Positions 32,033-41,792 of a stretch of 64,000 nt of DNA are shown here, piece by piece (positions within the stretch are counted from its first letter, which is position 1; every line of letters starts with the position of its first letter). The position numbers and the translations under genes are program-made. Source of the stretch: an uncultured Cytophagia bacterium (GTDB lineage Bacteria > Zhuqueibacterota > Zhuqueibacteria > Thermofontimicrobiales > Thermofontimicrobiaceae); assembly GCA_964647995.1 (NCBI GenBank), contig CAZYNP010000015.1, positions 6,108 through 70,107 of the forward strand, given 5' to 3'. Below the pieces are notes generated by a model, which saw only the letters and a program-made list of their open reading frames with translations, was not told the DNA's origin and ran no database searches.

Positions 32033-33106
32033 CTAAGTGACGGCAGCTTCATCGAAGATGAGTACCTGTTGATCAGCATCCAGGGTGACAGTGATTCCCA
32101 GCGGCAGCGTCGGTTTGTCCGCCTCATGCCCCAGGGCTAAGCCAAAGAGCACCGGGCAGTTACAGCCTTGCAACCGGTCGATGACAACTTCTTCCAGACT
32201 GAAGGTGTTAGCGAAGGCAGGTTTGTAATCCCGAGGCTTGCAATCCGGACATTTATCGAAAACTACGCCGGCAACCTGATCCAGCTTGCCCGCCAGCAGC
32301 AATTGGGTCAACATCCGATCCACGTCGTATGGCTCCTCACCCGTCTCTTCCAAAAACAGGATGGCATCGGTGGTATCGATTTCAAATGGCGTTCCCAGCA
32401 ACGCCGTGAGAATGGTTAAATTGCCCCCCACCAATCGACCCGTGGCCCGGCCCGGCCGGATAGTGTTCAAATAGGCGGTCGGGCGCAAGGGATTATCTGG
32501 CTTGGGCCGGCTGATTTTGCCCAGCGGTTCCGGTTGCGTCACGATTTTCATAAAATATTCGGTAGTATAACTCGAAAAACTGGAGATGGCCACCGGGCCG
32601 TGAAAAGTGATCAGACCGGTTTGCTGATAAATGGCCAGATTGAGCGCGGTAATGTCGCTGTAACCCACAAAAATTTTAGGATGCTTTTTGATCAATGCAT
32701 AATCAATTTGTGGCAGTAGCCGCATGCTGCCATACCCGCCACGAAGGCAAATAATCGCCTGTACCTCATCATCCTGGAACATCTGGTGCACATCATGCAG
32801 CCGGTCGGCATCGGAGCCAGCCAGGTAGCCCCACTTTTGCGCGATATGGTCACCCGTTTTTACCCGAAACCCAAGTGATTGCAGTGTTTCGATACCCTCG
32901 CGAATCGTGGTGGGCTCAAAAGCTGGGCTGGCGGGGGTAATTAAGCCTACTGTTGCGCCTGGTTGCAGCCGAGGCGGTTTGATAGGGGCACGTTGCGCTG
33001 AGGCAGCAAAGATTCTTTGGGGTGCCAAAACACCGGCCACGGTCATCCCGGCCAGTCCCTTGAAAAATTGCCGGCGAGCGAATGAAGAACGTAGCTCGAA
33101 TATCAT
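32033..33106 (-). CDS. LD-carboxypeptidase (peptidase S66 family) with twin-arginine signal peptide
   Basis: N-terminal RRQFFKGLAGMTVAGVLA...A fits the Tat consensus S/T-R-R-x-F-L-K. The S66 catalytic region contains GYSDITAL. Confidence 0.75.
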   Translation of the reverse strand: MIFELRSSFARRQFFKGLAGMTVAGVLAPQRIFAASAQRAPIKPPRLQPGATVGLITPASPAFEPTTIREGIETLQSLGFRVKTGDHIAQKWGYLAGSDADRLHDVHQMFQDDEVQAIICLRGGYGSMRLLPQIDYALIKKHPKIFVGYSDITALNLAIYQQTGLITFHGPVAISSFSSYTTEYFMKIVTQPEPLGKISRPKPDNPLRPTAYLNTIRPGRATGRLVGGNLTILTALLGTPFEIDTTDAILFLEETGEEPYDVDRMLTQLLLAGKLDQVAGVVFDKCPDCKPRDYKPAFANTFSLEEVVIDRLQGCNCPVLFGLALGHEADKPTLPLGITVTLDADQQVLIFDEAAVT

Positions 33107-33155
33107 CGCTGATCTTCCTGTTTAAAACTCGATGAAATGGCGCACAGGCGTCGCG

Positions 33156-33614
33156 TTATTTAATTCTTACAATCATCTCCAATTCCACGGCGGCGCCCAG
33201 TGGCAACTCGGCGACACCTACAGCACTGCGGGCATGAGCGCCCTGAGTGCCAAAAATTTCTTTAAAAAACTCCGACGCACCATTGATCACAGAGGGCTGT
33301 TCGGTAAAGCCCTCGGCACTGGCAACGAAACCGACGACCTTCACGATTTGCTGGATGCGATCCAGATCACCAATGACACTTTTGATCGCGCTCAATGAAT
33401 TCAGGGCACAGATACGCGCAGCAGCATACGCTTGCTCTTTGGTCACGTCTTGGCCCACTTTGCCTTTGGCAGCCAACTGGCCGTTTGAAAGTGGCAACTG
33501 TCCCGAGGAAAACACCAGGTCGCCGGCGGCAATCGCGGGGACGTAGGCGGCTACCGGCTTGGGGGTTGGTGGCAGACTGAAACCCAACGCAGTGATCTTT
33601 TCTTCAATAGTCAT
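33156..33614 (-). CDS. RidA/YjgF-family reactive-intermediate deaminase
   Basis: 152 aa; typical YjgF/chorismate-mutase-like fold sequence features. Confidence 0.7.
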   Translation of the reverse strand: MTIEEKITALGFSLPPTPKPVAAYVPAIAAGDLVFSSGQLPLSNGQLAAKGKVGQDVTKEQAYAAARICALNSLSAIKSVIGDLDRIQQIVKVVGFVASAEGFTEQPSVINGASEFFKEIFGTQGAHARSAVGVAELPLGAAVELEMIVRIK

Positions 33615-34190
33615 TGTGACTTCCCTTTTCAGTTACTGGATTGATGAGAAAAACGTATTGCTATTTTATCGAGCGATAGAGGTCAAGCTATTTATAAACA
33701 TATTTTAGCAAAAAGTCAAGGCATTTTTTTAAGTTGAAGTAAAAGCGCACTTATGAGTGCACCGAGCTACTGACCGGTCGCCTGACTTTCTGAAATTTTG
33801 GAAGCATTTCATTTTTAGGCGACCGGTCCGTCCACCTATAACTGATCGTTTACAAATTGAACATAAAGGATTGTTGCCGGTGGTGGTGATGGCTGTTGCG
33901 CCCAGAACATGAAAGTCCATTCGAGCAGCCGTCCGCCAGAGGTCCAGGTATCTGGCTTACCGGAGGGATAGCTTAATGGCCGAGATCCATTCCGGATACC
34001 AATTGATACCCGGCAGGTGACAAGTGATTTGGGGGTGCTGGAGTTGCGATTTATCAAATGTTGTGGTGTTGAAAGTGAATTGGTGAAGCGGGCGGCGAAC
34101 CAGGGCAAAGTCTTCCTGAGCCAATGGAAGGAACAGAGCAACACCGGGATGATCCCTGCTGGAGGCCAGAATGATCCAGCAGGGTTAGTT

Positions 34191-35990
34191 TCAGGATTTG
34201 GGAACCGTGAAGTAAAAAGTTGCTCCTTTTTCTAATTTTGACTCAACCCAGATTTTGCCCTGATAATGCTCGATGATTTTGCGGCAGATGGTTAGGCCAA
34301 CACCGGTGCCGTCATGATCGTGTTCTTTGCTCGGACATTTCTGGAACACCTTGAAAATGTGCTCATGGTATTCCGGGTCGATGCCGATGCCATTGTCCTT
34401 AACCGCAAATTCAAAATATTTCTTGTTATCTTTGCACAGGATTTCGATCTGCGGTTGTCGTTTGGGCGAGGAAAATTTGAGGGCATTGATAATCAAGTTT
34501 TCAAATACGGTTTGGAATCGTTGCCGATCGCCGAAAATGACAGGCAGATCTTTCGAGATCACAAAATTCACATTCCGCTGCTGAATTTGCGGATACAGGC
34601 TCATGTAGATTTCTTTTACCAACTTGAAGGTTGAGAATTTGCGCCTGGCACCGACCACGCGGCCGGCACGGGACAGTTTGAGCAGATCGTTGATCATCTG
34701 CTCCATGTAGTGAGCGTTGCCCAAAATACGCTCCAGATACTCGGTTGTAGTGGCATCAAGATGATCCTGCAAATGCTCCCGGAACAGCTCGAGATAGCCG
34801 TGCAGTGCGATGATCGGAGTCTTTAAATCGTGCGACACTGTAAACACAAAAGAACTTAATTCGGCGTTTTTCGCTTCGACCTCTTTCGTCTTTTTCTCCA
34901 GAGCATCGAATAGAATGGCATTTTCGATATGAATCGAAAGCTGGTGGCAGAGGGCGGAAATGAACTGCTTTTTCTCGCTATCGAATCGAATTTGCTTTTT
35001 GCTGGTTAACACCAGAATGCCGAAGCTATTTTTGCGAATAATCAAGGGCATTAACACCAACGATCGGCACCGGGGCTGTTTCATAAACAGATCCTTGAAA
35101 AAGCCAGTACTCGGATTGAGAAACAGCGCTTTCTTTTTTTTCTTCACCTGCGCCACCAGCGAGAGATTTTGTTCCAACAACTGCCGGGCGCCGTCACAAG
35201 TCATACCGAGCGCAACGATCGGTCGCAGGTTTTTCAGTTGCTGATTGCCCAGATATAACGCTGCCATTTCAAAGCAAATGGCGTGGCCGATTCTTTCGGT
35301 TACCTGTTGCAGCAATTGCTGCAAATCCCGCGGCTGCTTGATCGACCGCGAGATGGAATTGAGGATGGTCAACTCTCGATTTTTTCGTAGCAATTCCTGC
35401 TCGAATCGCTTACGATCGGTGATATCATTCACAAAAACCATTATTTGATTCTGAGTGGGAATTGGGACACAGCACAACTCAACTGACCGAATCGAAAGAT
35501 CTTTGGCCAGGAAGTTCGCAGTAATGGTCTGTCTGGTAGCCTCAGCAGAGGCATGAGCGCATTTGAACAATTGGTCGATCTTTTTGCGATCTTTTTTCAG
35601 GATGAGCTCGGTAAACACCAGGAGCGGCCTGGCTTCGGTTGGATCATAGCCACTCAGCCGGGCAAAGTGCTCGTTCATTTTCACGATCCGCCGCTTCCTG
35701 TCAATAATAACGATGGCAGCCGGGCTATGTTCAAAGATGGCGTTAAAGCGCTCTGTTAATATTGCGTTCTCAACCAGAATTCGATGCTGATACTGCTCGA
35801 CATTGGCCTGAAGTTGCTCCAATTTTTTATGGATCTCCGCCGGCGGGTATTCGGAGGCGGCAATAAGCGAAGCCGTGCTGGACGCGAAACTCGCAGATCC
35901 GGATTCATTTGTTACCTTGGTTGGGGTCACAAAATTGGAGGGCGGCAAAAAACGTTCATCTTTCACATCGATTATTGGGGTTCGGTTCAT
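34191..35990 (-). CDS. Sensor histidine kinase (PAS + GAF + HisKA + HATPase_c), cytoplasmic
   Basis: H-box SHDLKTPI and G-boxes (DNGIGI, GTGVGL). There is no TM segment. No response-regulator gene is adjacent. Confidence 0.85.
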   Translation of the reverse strand: MNRTPIIDVKDERFLPPSNFVTPTKVTNESGSASFASSTASLIAASEYPPAEIHKKLEQLQANVEQYQHRILVENAILTERFNAIFEHSPAAIVIIDRKRRIVKMNEHFARLSGYDPTEARPLLVFTELILKKDRKKIDQLFKCAHASAEATRQTITANFLAKDLSIRSVELCCVPIPTQNQIMVFVNDITDRKRFEQELLRKNRELTILNSISRSIKQPRDLQQLLQQVTERIGHAICFEMAALYLGNQQLKNLRPIVALGMTCDGARQLLEQNLSLVAQVKKKKKALFLNPSTGFFKDLFMKQPRCRSLVLMPLIIRKNSFGILVLTSKKQIRFDSEKKQFISALCHQLSIHIENAILFDALEKKTKEVEAKNAELSSFVFTVSHDLKTPIIALHGYLELFREHLQDHLDATTTEYLERILGNAHYMEQMINDLLKLSRAGRVVGARRKFSTFKLVKEIYMSLYPQIQQRNVNFVISKDLPVIFGDRQRFQTVFENLIINALKFSSPKRQPQIEILCKDNKKYFEFAVKDNGIGIDPEYHEHIFKVFQKCPSKEHDHDGTGVGLTICRKIIEHYQGKIWVESKLEKGATFYFTVPKS

Positions 35991-36585
35991 GGTTCATCAC
36001 CTCCACACACGGGTCCACCTGGCACCAGTGAATTTCAACCCATCGATTGGATTGGAGAAAAATGGCTATGGGCAAATATTGGATCAGAATAATAAATTCA
36101 TATCTGCAATGATAATTTTTTGTGAAAATGAAACTGATCAATTTTTCATAGGTAAAATTAAATAAAGTTGTAATAATTGTCAAGCAAAAAAGCCAATATT
36201 TCTTTTATTTAATTTGTGAACAATCACTGCTAATTTTGAAAAATAGAAATCCAGGAAAGCCTGGAACCCCTAAATCCACTGCCGTGGCAAGCACTTTCTT
36301 CGGTTGCTTCAACGGGGGCCTTTGCCGCTTCGCCAGCGCCAGTCACCGGTGCGCCCGGGGGAGATGCCAATGAAAAAAATGCTTGTGTATTTATCTTGTG
36401 ACCGGTTACGAATCCAGACCGGGAAATGGGATGGAAAAGATGGTGCGCCGCCTTGGCAGGTGGCTATCCTGAGACATGGGGAATTTTTTTATTATAAATT
36501 ATACTTTGCGCTTGATTTTGCCTGATAAATGTTTTAAATTAATGCCAGCAATCCCGACATCGACCATCCAGTAAGGAGTAAAAGC

Positions 36586-37410
36586 ATGAGAAAAGCACTC
36601 ATCGGGCTCGCGATTCTAAGCGGTTTGATATATTCAAATGCCGCCTTCGGTCAGATTCAAATCTGGGGACGGGAGGAGCAGAAGAAAAACCAACAAGAAG
36701 AAGTGTTTCAGCGGTTTCCCCCAATTAATATCATTGATAATCCTACTGCAAATTTTATGAGTCGCAAATATTTTGAGCTGCAATTGCGCGTGTATCACCT
36801 GGGAGGCATGTTAGGCGGCCTGGCGGTTGGCCTGACGCAGCGATTGATGTTTGGAGTCAGTTATGGCGGTCAAAATATCATTGGCCAGGGCGCGGTGAAA
36901 TGGAATCAGTCGCCAGGCGTCAACATTCGCTATCGCCTCAAGGTGGAGGACTATCGGTTTCCTGGCATTTGCATCGGATTTGATTCGCAGGGCTATGGAA
37001 CATTCTACCCCCAGGTGGGACGATATCAAATCAAATCGAAGGGCGCTTACCTAGTGGTTAGTAAAAATTATTCGATTCTGGAAAATTTTGGCATCCATGG
37101 CGGCGTAAACTACAGCGGGGAGAACAAGAGCAACGAAAAGGACCTCAATTTCTTTTGCGGCGCACATCTGATGTTAGATCCCGAAATCACATTGCTCTGG
37201 GAATATGATTTTGCTATTAATGACAACGATGACAAATCCCTCGGCTCTGGCAAAGGTTACATGAATGCGGGCGCTCGCTGGCATTTTTCCCCGCGGCTGA
37301 TCTTCGAGTTTTCGGTTAAAAATCTTTTGGGCAATATGAAAACCATTGAAGGTGAGCCCGTGCCAACGACCAATCGGGAATTGAAAATTATCTATTATGA
37401 AAGCCTTTAA
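36586..37410 (+). CDS. Secreted beta-rich hypothetical protein (possible outer-membrane protein)
   Basis: Signal peptide MRKALIGLAILSGLIYSNAAFG, followed by alternating hydrophobic/polar stretches. Confidence 0.4.
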   Translation: MRKALIGLAILSGLIYSNAAFGQIQIWGREEQKKNQQEEVFQRFPPINIIDNPTANFMSRKYFELQLRVYHLGGMLGGLAVGLTQRLMFGVSYGGQNIIGQGAVKWNQSPGVNIRYRLKVEDYRFPGICIGFDSQGYGTFYPQVGRYQIKSKGAYLVVSKNYSILENFGIHGGVNYSGENKSNEKDLNFFCGAHLMLDPEITLLWEYDFAINDNDDKSLGSGKGYMNAGARWHFSPRLIFEFSVKNLLGNMKTIEGEPVPTTNRELKIIYYESL

Positions 37411-37440
37411 CTCCAATCTGCATCCTATTCGGCGTTCAGC

Positions 37441-38064
37441 GTGTTGAAAAATCTGTTAAAAATGCGAGATCGAATCATGAGAGCAAAACCAATTTTTCCG
37501 ATTATTTCCATTGGTGTGACCATCGCCACCTGCTTGCTGCTGGCGCAGTGTTACACGACGCTCCGCCATCCGATCCTTTATTCCGTGGCGGATTCATTGG
37601 CGGCACCACAACCCCAGGAAGTAACCTTCATGGATGACTGCTCGAGCTGCCACAATCAGACCCATCCACTAATCCACTCCCCGGTAGCTTTTCAGGGCGA
37701 GCCGCTGACCGACTATGATTACTCCTGGCAATATTTCTATACCATGCCCTGGTGGCTGGATTCGTATTACTACGAAAATTCGCCGGCTGATTTAGAAAAC
37801 CCATTGCCGCCAACAGAACGCCGAAATTTTGATCGCCGCGAGGTGCCACCATCGTCAGCAGCGGAAAACCCCGCCAGTGGCGCCGCATCGCTCTCAAAAC
37901 CTGCCTCCGATGTTCCGTCGCCGGCAGCGCCGCCGCCACCGCCACAGCGTCATGAGCGCCGACAAATATCCACCAGCGAAAGCAACAAGGTGGAGCGGCC
38001 AGCTACCCCACCGATCCAGGAGAAAAAACAGAGCGACAATCCCAAGAAAAAAGAGAAGGAATAG
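37441..38064 (+). CDS. Membrane-anchored hypothetical protein with a CxxCH (heme c-type) motif and a Pro-rich tail
   Basis: N-terminal TM helix, DDCSSCHNQTH (CxxCH), and a C-terminal proline- and lysine-rich low-complexity tail. Confidence 0.35.
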   Translation: MLKNLLKMRDRIMRAKPIFPIISIGVTIATCLLLAQCYTTLRHPILYSVADSLAAPQPQEVTFMDDCSSCHNQTHPLIHSPVAFQGEPLTDYDYSWQYFYTMPWWLDSYYYENSPADLENPLPPTERRNFDRREVPPSSAAENPASGAASLSKPASDVPSPAAPPPPPQRHERRQISTSESNKVERPATPPIQEKKQSDNPKKKEKE

Positions 38065-38122
38065 CCAGGTTGTTTTCGAAGCTTCATGTACTTTCGTCAA
38101 TGACTTCCTGTTGATCGGATTG

Positions 38123-40561
38123 ATGGATGGAAAAGATATGCCGCGAGCGGTGAAAATCGTTTCTGGAATTTTGGGAATGGTGGTGATTATTGCGCTGGCT
38201 GTAATGGTAATTGGATTGAGGCTACTTAAAAAATCCCAGCCGCAAACCGTAGGCACAGTTGTCGTGCAGGGGTTGCATCAACCAGTTAGCATCTACCGCG
38301 ATGCCTATGGCGTGCCGCATCTATTCGCCAATAACGAAGATGATCTGTTTTTTGCCCAGGGATATGTTCATGCGCAGGATCGACTGTGGCAGATGGACTT
38401 GAATCGCCGTGCCGCGCTGGGCACGCTGTCCGAAATATTGGGGCCTCGGACCATTGATTATGATAAACTGATTCGCACGATTAATCTCCCGGCTATTGCT
38501 AACCAGCTTTCTTCCAATCTTTCCCGTGAGTCACAGCGGATTCTCACCGCGTATGCCGCTGGCGTCAATGCCTTTCTCAAACAACAACAGCAGGAGTTGC
38601 CCTTCGAATTCATTATCCTGGATTACCGGCCCGAGGTCTGGGAGATCGATCATAGTTTAGCCTATCAGCGCCTGGTAGCCTGGCTGTTGGAAATGGCCTG
38701 GCGCGTGGATCCGGTATTTGGGCAAATCGTCATGCGCGTGGGGCCTGAGGCGGCCCAGGAAATTTTTCCCGACTATCCAGACAGCTCCCCCTCCATTATA
38801 CGCCAGTCCGTAGCGCGCTGGAGCGATGTTTATGACCTGTTCCATAATTTCAGTGACAATTCTACGGGGCTGGCCAGCTTGTTTGGGCCAGGATTGGGCA
38901 GCAATAGCTGGGTCGTCGGCGGAAGTCGTACGTTGTCTGGCAAACCCTTGTTAGCCAATGATCCCCATCTCGGGCATCAAAATCCCGGCATCTGGTATGA
39001 GGTGCATTTGAACGCGCCCGGCATCGATGGTTATGGGGTCTCCTTTCCCGGGCTCCCGGGAATTGTTATTGGCCATAATCCGTCGATTGCCTGGGGCTTG
39101 ACCAATGTCATGGCCGATGGTTGTGATTTTTTTATCGAGAAGTTGAATCCCGTGAATCCAAATCAATATTGGTTTCGGGATTCATGGCATGACATCACGG
39201 TGACTGAGATCGAAATACCGGTCAAAGGCCAGCCGCCAATCAAGCACACCATTCGGGCGACGCAGCACGGCCCCATCGTCTCTAAGCTACATCCATTGCT
39301 GCAAGACACCGCCACGGTTGTTGCCATGAAGTGGAGTGGACAGTCGCCGAGCGATGAACTACTTGCTTTTTATCGAATAATGAAGGCTGGAAATTGGGAT
39401 CAATTTGTGTCCGCACTGCGTCATTTTTCGGTGCCACCGCAGAATTGGATCTATGCCGATCGGGAAGGCAATATCGGCTATTACTGCGCCGGTTCGATCC
39501 CCATTCGCAAGCAGGGCAATGGTCTATTGCCTCAGCCCGGTTGGACCGGCGATTTTGAATGGCTGGGCCAGATACCGTTCGACCGATTGCCGCACCTGTA
39601 CAACCCGATTGAGGGTGTGATTGTCACCGCCAATAACAAAGTGACGGATTCCCATTACCCTTATTTCATTTCCACTTATTGGGAGCCACCCTATCGCGCC
39701 CACCGGATTCAGGAGCTATTGGCTGGGAAAAATAAACTTCAGGTAAGTGATTTTAAGGCGATCCAGTTGGATGTGTTTTCGGTTCATGCCCAGCACTTGA
39801 TGCCTGTAATTCAGGCGGCGCTGCCAATGTTCGATCGCAGCACCAAATTGCGAGCTTATTTTGCCAGTTCTTTGAAGGATTGGGATTTTCAGTCCACCGA
39901 AAATTCCATCGGAGCGACCATATTTGAAATATTCCTTACTCATTTTATAAAGAATATCTTCCAGGATGAGCTGGGCGATACCCTGTATGCCAAATTTATC
40001 GAGCTGCCCAATATTCCCATTAGAATCACCGATCAATTGGTTGCCAAGGGCCAATCCATTTGGTTCGATGATAAACTGACGCCAGATAGCGTCGAAACCC
40101 TGAATGATATCGTGGTGCTCAGCCTGGAGGAAGCCTTCAGCTATTTGTGCATTGAACGCGGTGAGATCGTGTATAATTGGCGCTGGGGAAGCATACATCA
40201 GGTAAAATTTGAGCATGCCCTGGCCCGGGGCAATGTACTGGATCGCTGGCTGAACATTGGACCGGCACCGATTGGCGGTTCTAATACTTCGATCAACGCG
40301 GCCAGTTACTCATTGGATCGTCAAAATTTTCGCACCGTGGTCGGTCCATCGATGCGCCAGATCGCGGATTTATCCAATCGAAAAAAATCACTGCTGGTCA
40401 TCCCAACCGGCCAATCGGGCCATCCATTCAGTCGTCATTATCGTGATCAATACCCGCTATGGCTTAGCGGCGGCTATCATGCGACGTTAGTGGATAGTGC
40501 ACAAATCTGCAACTCCAATTTGGAACTGCTCATGCTGACGCCTGCAGCCAGCACCCACTGA
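38123..40561 (+). CDS. Penicillin-acylase-family Ntn hydrolase (peptidase S45; penicillin/AHL acylase-like)
   Basis: The start is moved to MDGKDMPRAVKIV... with a TM or signal anchor; the upstream part of the tracked ORF overlaps the previous gene. GLGSNSWVVGG carries the nucleophile Ser after autoprocessing. The length (~810 aa) fits. Confidence 0.8.
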   Translation: MDGKDMPRAVKIVSGILGMVVIIALAVMVIGLRLLKKSQPQTVGTVVVQGLHQPVSIYRDAYGVPHLFANNEDDLFFAQGYVHAQDRLWQMDLNRRAALGTLSEILGPRTIDYDKLIRTINLPAIANQLSSNLSRESQRILTAYAAGVNAFLKQQQQELPFEFIILDYRPEVWEIDHSLAYQRLVAWLLEMAWRVDPVFGQIVMRVGPEAAQEIFPDYPDSSPSIIRQSVARWSDVYDLFHNFSDNSTGLASLFGPGLGSNSWVVGGSRTLSGKPLLANDPHLGHQNPGIWYEVHLNAPGIDGYGVSFPGLPGIVIGHNPSIAWGLTNVMADGCDFFIEKLNPVNPNQYWFRDSWHDITVTEIEIPVKGQPPIKHTIRATQHGPIVSKLHPLLQDTATVVAMKWSGQSPSDELLAFYRIMKAGNWDQFVSALRHFSVPPQNWIYADREGNIGYYCAGSIPIRKQGNGLLPQPGWTGDFEWLGQIPFDRLPHLYNPIEGVIVTANNKVTDSHYPYFISTYWEPPYRAHRIQELLAGKNKLQVSDFKAIQLDVFSVHAQHLMPVIQAALPMFDRSTKLRAYFASSLKDWDFQSTENSIGATIFEIFLTHFIKNIFQDELGDTLYAKFIELPNIPIRITDQLVAKGQSIWFDDKLTPDSVETLNDIVVLSLEEAFSYLCIERGEIVYNWRWGSIHQVKFEHALARGNVLDRWLNIGPAPIGGSNTSINAASYSLDRQNFRTVVGPSMRQIADLSNRKKSLLVIPTGQSGHPFSRHYRDQYPLWLSGGYHATLVDSAQICNSNLELLMLTPAASTH

Positions 40562-40565
40562 TGGG

Positions 40566-40625
40566 CAACCAACCGAATGCTCGATAGGAAGCATGGTCGG
40601 TTGGTCAAATAGAGTTCTTTAAGTT
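40566..40625 (+). terminator. Candidate terminator: interrupted 14-bp hairpin 5 nt after the acylase stop
   Basis: accaaccga-atgct-cgatagga-agcat-gg-tcggttggt followed by caaatagagttcttt. Confidence 0.35.
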
Positions 40626-40790
40626 ACCGTACCGGATCCATGGAATAATTGCTGCAGTTCGACATCTGACTCCACTCATTCCAACACCACATCCGCTTGA
40701 CAACAGATTTTCACCGGCACTGCCCCAGCCATCCAGGCCGCGGGGCTAACTAAAATTCTTTAATCTATCGGGCACTGATTATTTCAAAGC

Positions 40791-41792
40791 GTGCGCCAAT
40801 CCATAGGTGAATCTATGAAACAAAAATTGATTGCCAATTTAGAGCCGGGTGATACTATCCTCTCCTTCTTCCTGGTGCGGAAGAAAGAAATCAAGCAGCA
40901 AAAAGTTTCGAAAGAATTTTATCTCTCCCTGGAGCTTGGCGACTGTTCGGGAAGGATTCACGGCTCGCTATGGAACGATGCTGCGGCTATAGGCCAAACG
41001 ATCCAGGTGGGCGATGTGGTCAAGGTGAAAGGCAAGGTCATTACGTTCATGGAAAAGAACCATATCGCTATTGATAAAATTCGCAAAGCGCATCCCGGGG
41101 ATGATATTGAGCTGGAAGCTTTTCTTCCGCGATTTTCGGGCAGCATTGAAAAATTGAGAAACGATCTGCACCAGCAGTTGGCAGCTATCCGAGAGCCGAA
41201 CTTGAAGCAGTTGGTGGATTTATTTTTACAGGACCAGCACTTCATGGCTCAATTTTGCAAAGCACCCGGAGGAAAATTGTGGCACCATGCCTACCTGGGC
41301 GGTCTGTTGGAGCATTCGCTTTCGGTTATCGAGATTTGTCGGTTAATTTGTCGGCATTATGATGGCTCGGTCAATGCGGATCTGGTCACAACAGCCGCAT
41401 TTTTGCATGATATTGGCAAAATCCAGGAATTCAGCCTGAACGGTTTTATCGAATATTCCACTTGCGGGCGACTGCTGGGTCATATTACTCTGGGCGCCAA
41501 TCTGGTTCTGGCCAAAATCGCCGGGTTGGGCAATTTTCCAGAAGCACTTAAAGAACAAGTGATTCATTGCATCCTGAGCCACCATGGCCAGAAGGAGCGA
41601 GGCGCGCCGGTCGTGCCCATGACGCTGGAAGCCCTGATATTGAGCTATGCCGATGATCTGGATTCATCTGTGGCGGCCTTTCAGCGGATAATGACTCGGG
41701 AACGAGAGCCCGGCAAGGTCTGGAGCAACTATGTGAACTTGATTGACCGTTTTATCTATTTGGGGGTAGAAGAAAAACTGGAGCATGATTAA
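40791..41792 (+). CDS. YhaM-like 3'-5' exoribonuclease (OB-fold + HD domain)
   Basis: An N-terminal OB-fold-like region, then HD motifs (HHAYLGGLLEHS..., FLHDIGK, H..Q). Confidence 0.6.
   Translation: MRQSIGESMKQKLIANLEPGDTILSFFLVRKKEIKQQKVSKEFYLSLELGDCSGRIHGSLWNDAAAIGQTIQVGDVVKVKGKVITFMEKNHIAIDKIRKAHPGDDIELEAFLPRFSGSIEKLRNDLHQQLAAIREPNLKQLVDLFLQDQHFMAQFCKAPGGKLWHHAYLGGLLEHSLSVIEICRLICRHYDGSVNADLVTTAAFLHDIGKIQEFSLNGFIEYSTCGRLLGHITLGANLVLAKIAGLGNFPEALKEQVIHCILSHHGQKERGAPVVPMTLEALILSYADDLDSSVAAFQRIMTREREPGKVWSNYVNLIDRFIYLGVEEKLEHD

Noticed and set aside
36304-36525. 73-aa ORF upstream of the secreted-protein gene
   Set aside because: It spans the duplicated 5' element and has no SD. The conserved nucleotides are better explained as a regulatory or leader sequence. 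A 13-codon mini-ORF inside it is noted under the findings instead.
37829-38122. N-terminal 98 codons of the tracked 910-aa acylase ORF
   Set aside because: This stretch overlaps the preceding Pro-rich gene in another frame and translates to Arg/Gln-rich low-complexity sequence. The acylase homology and a membrane anchor start at the internal Met near 38123-38138.
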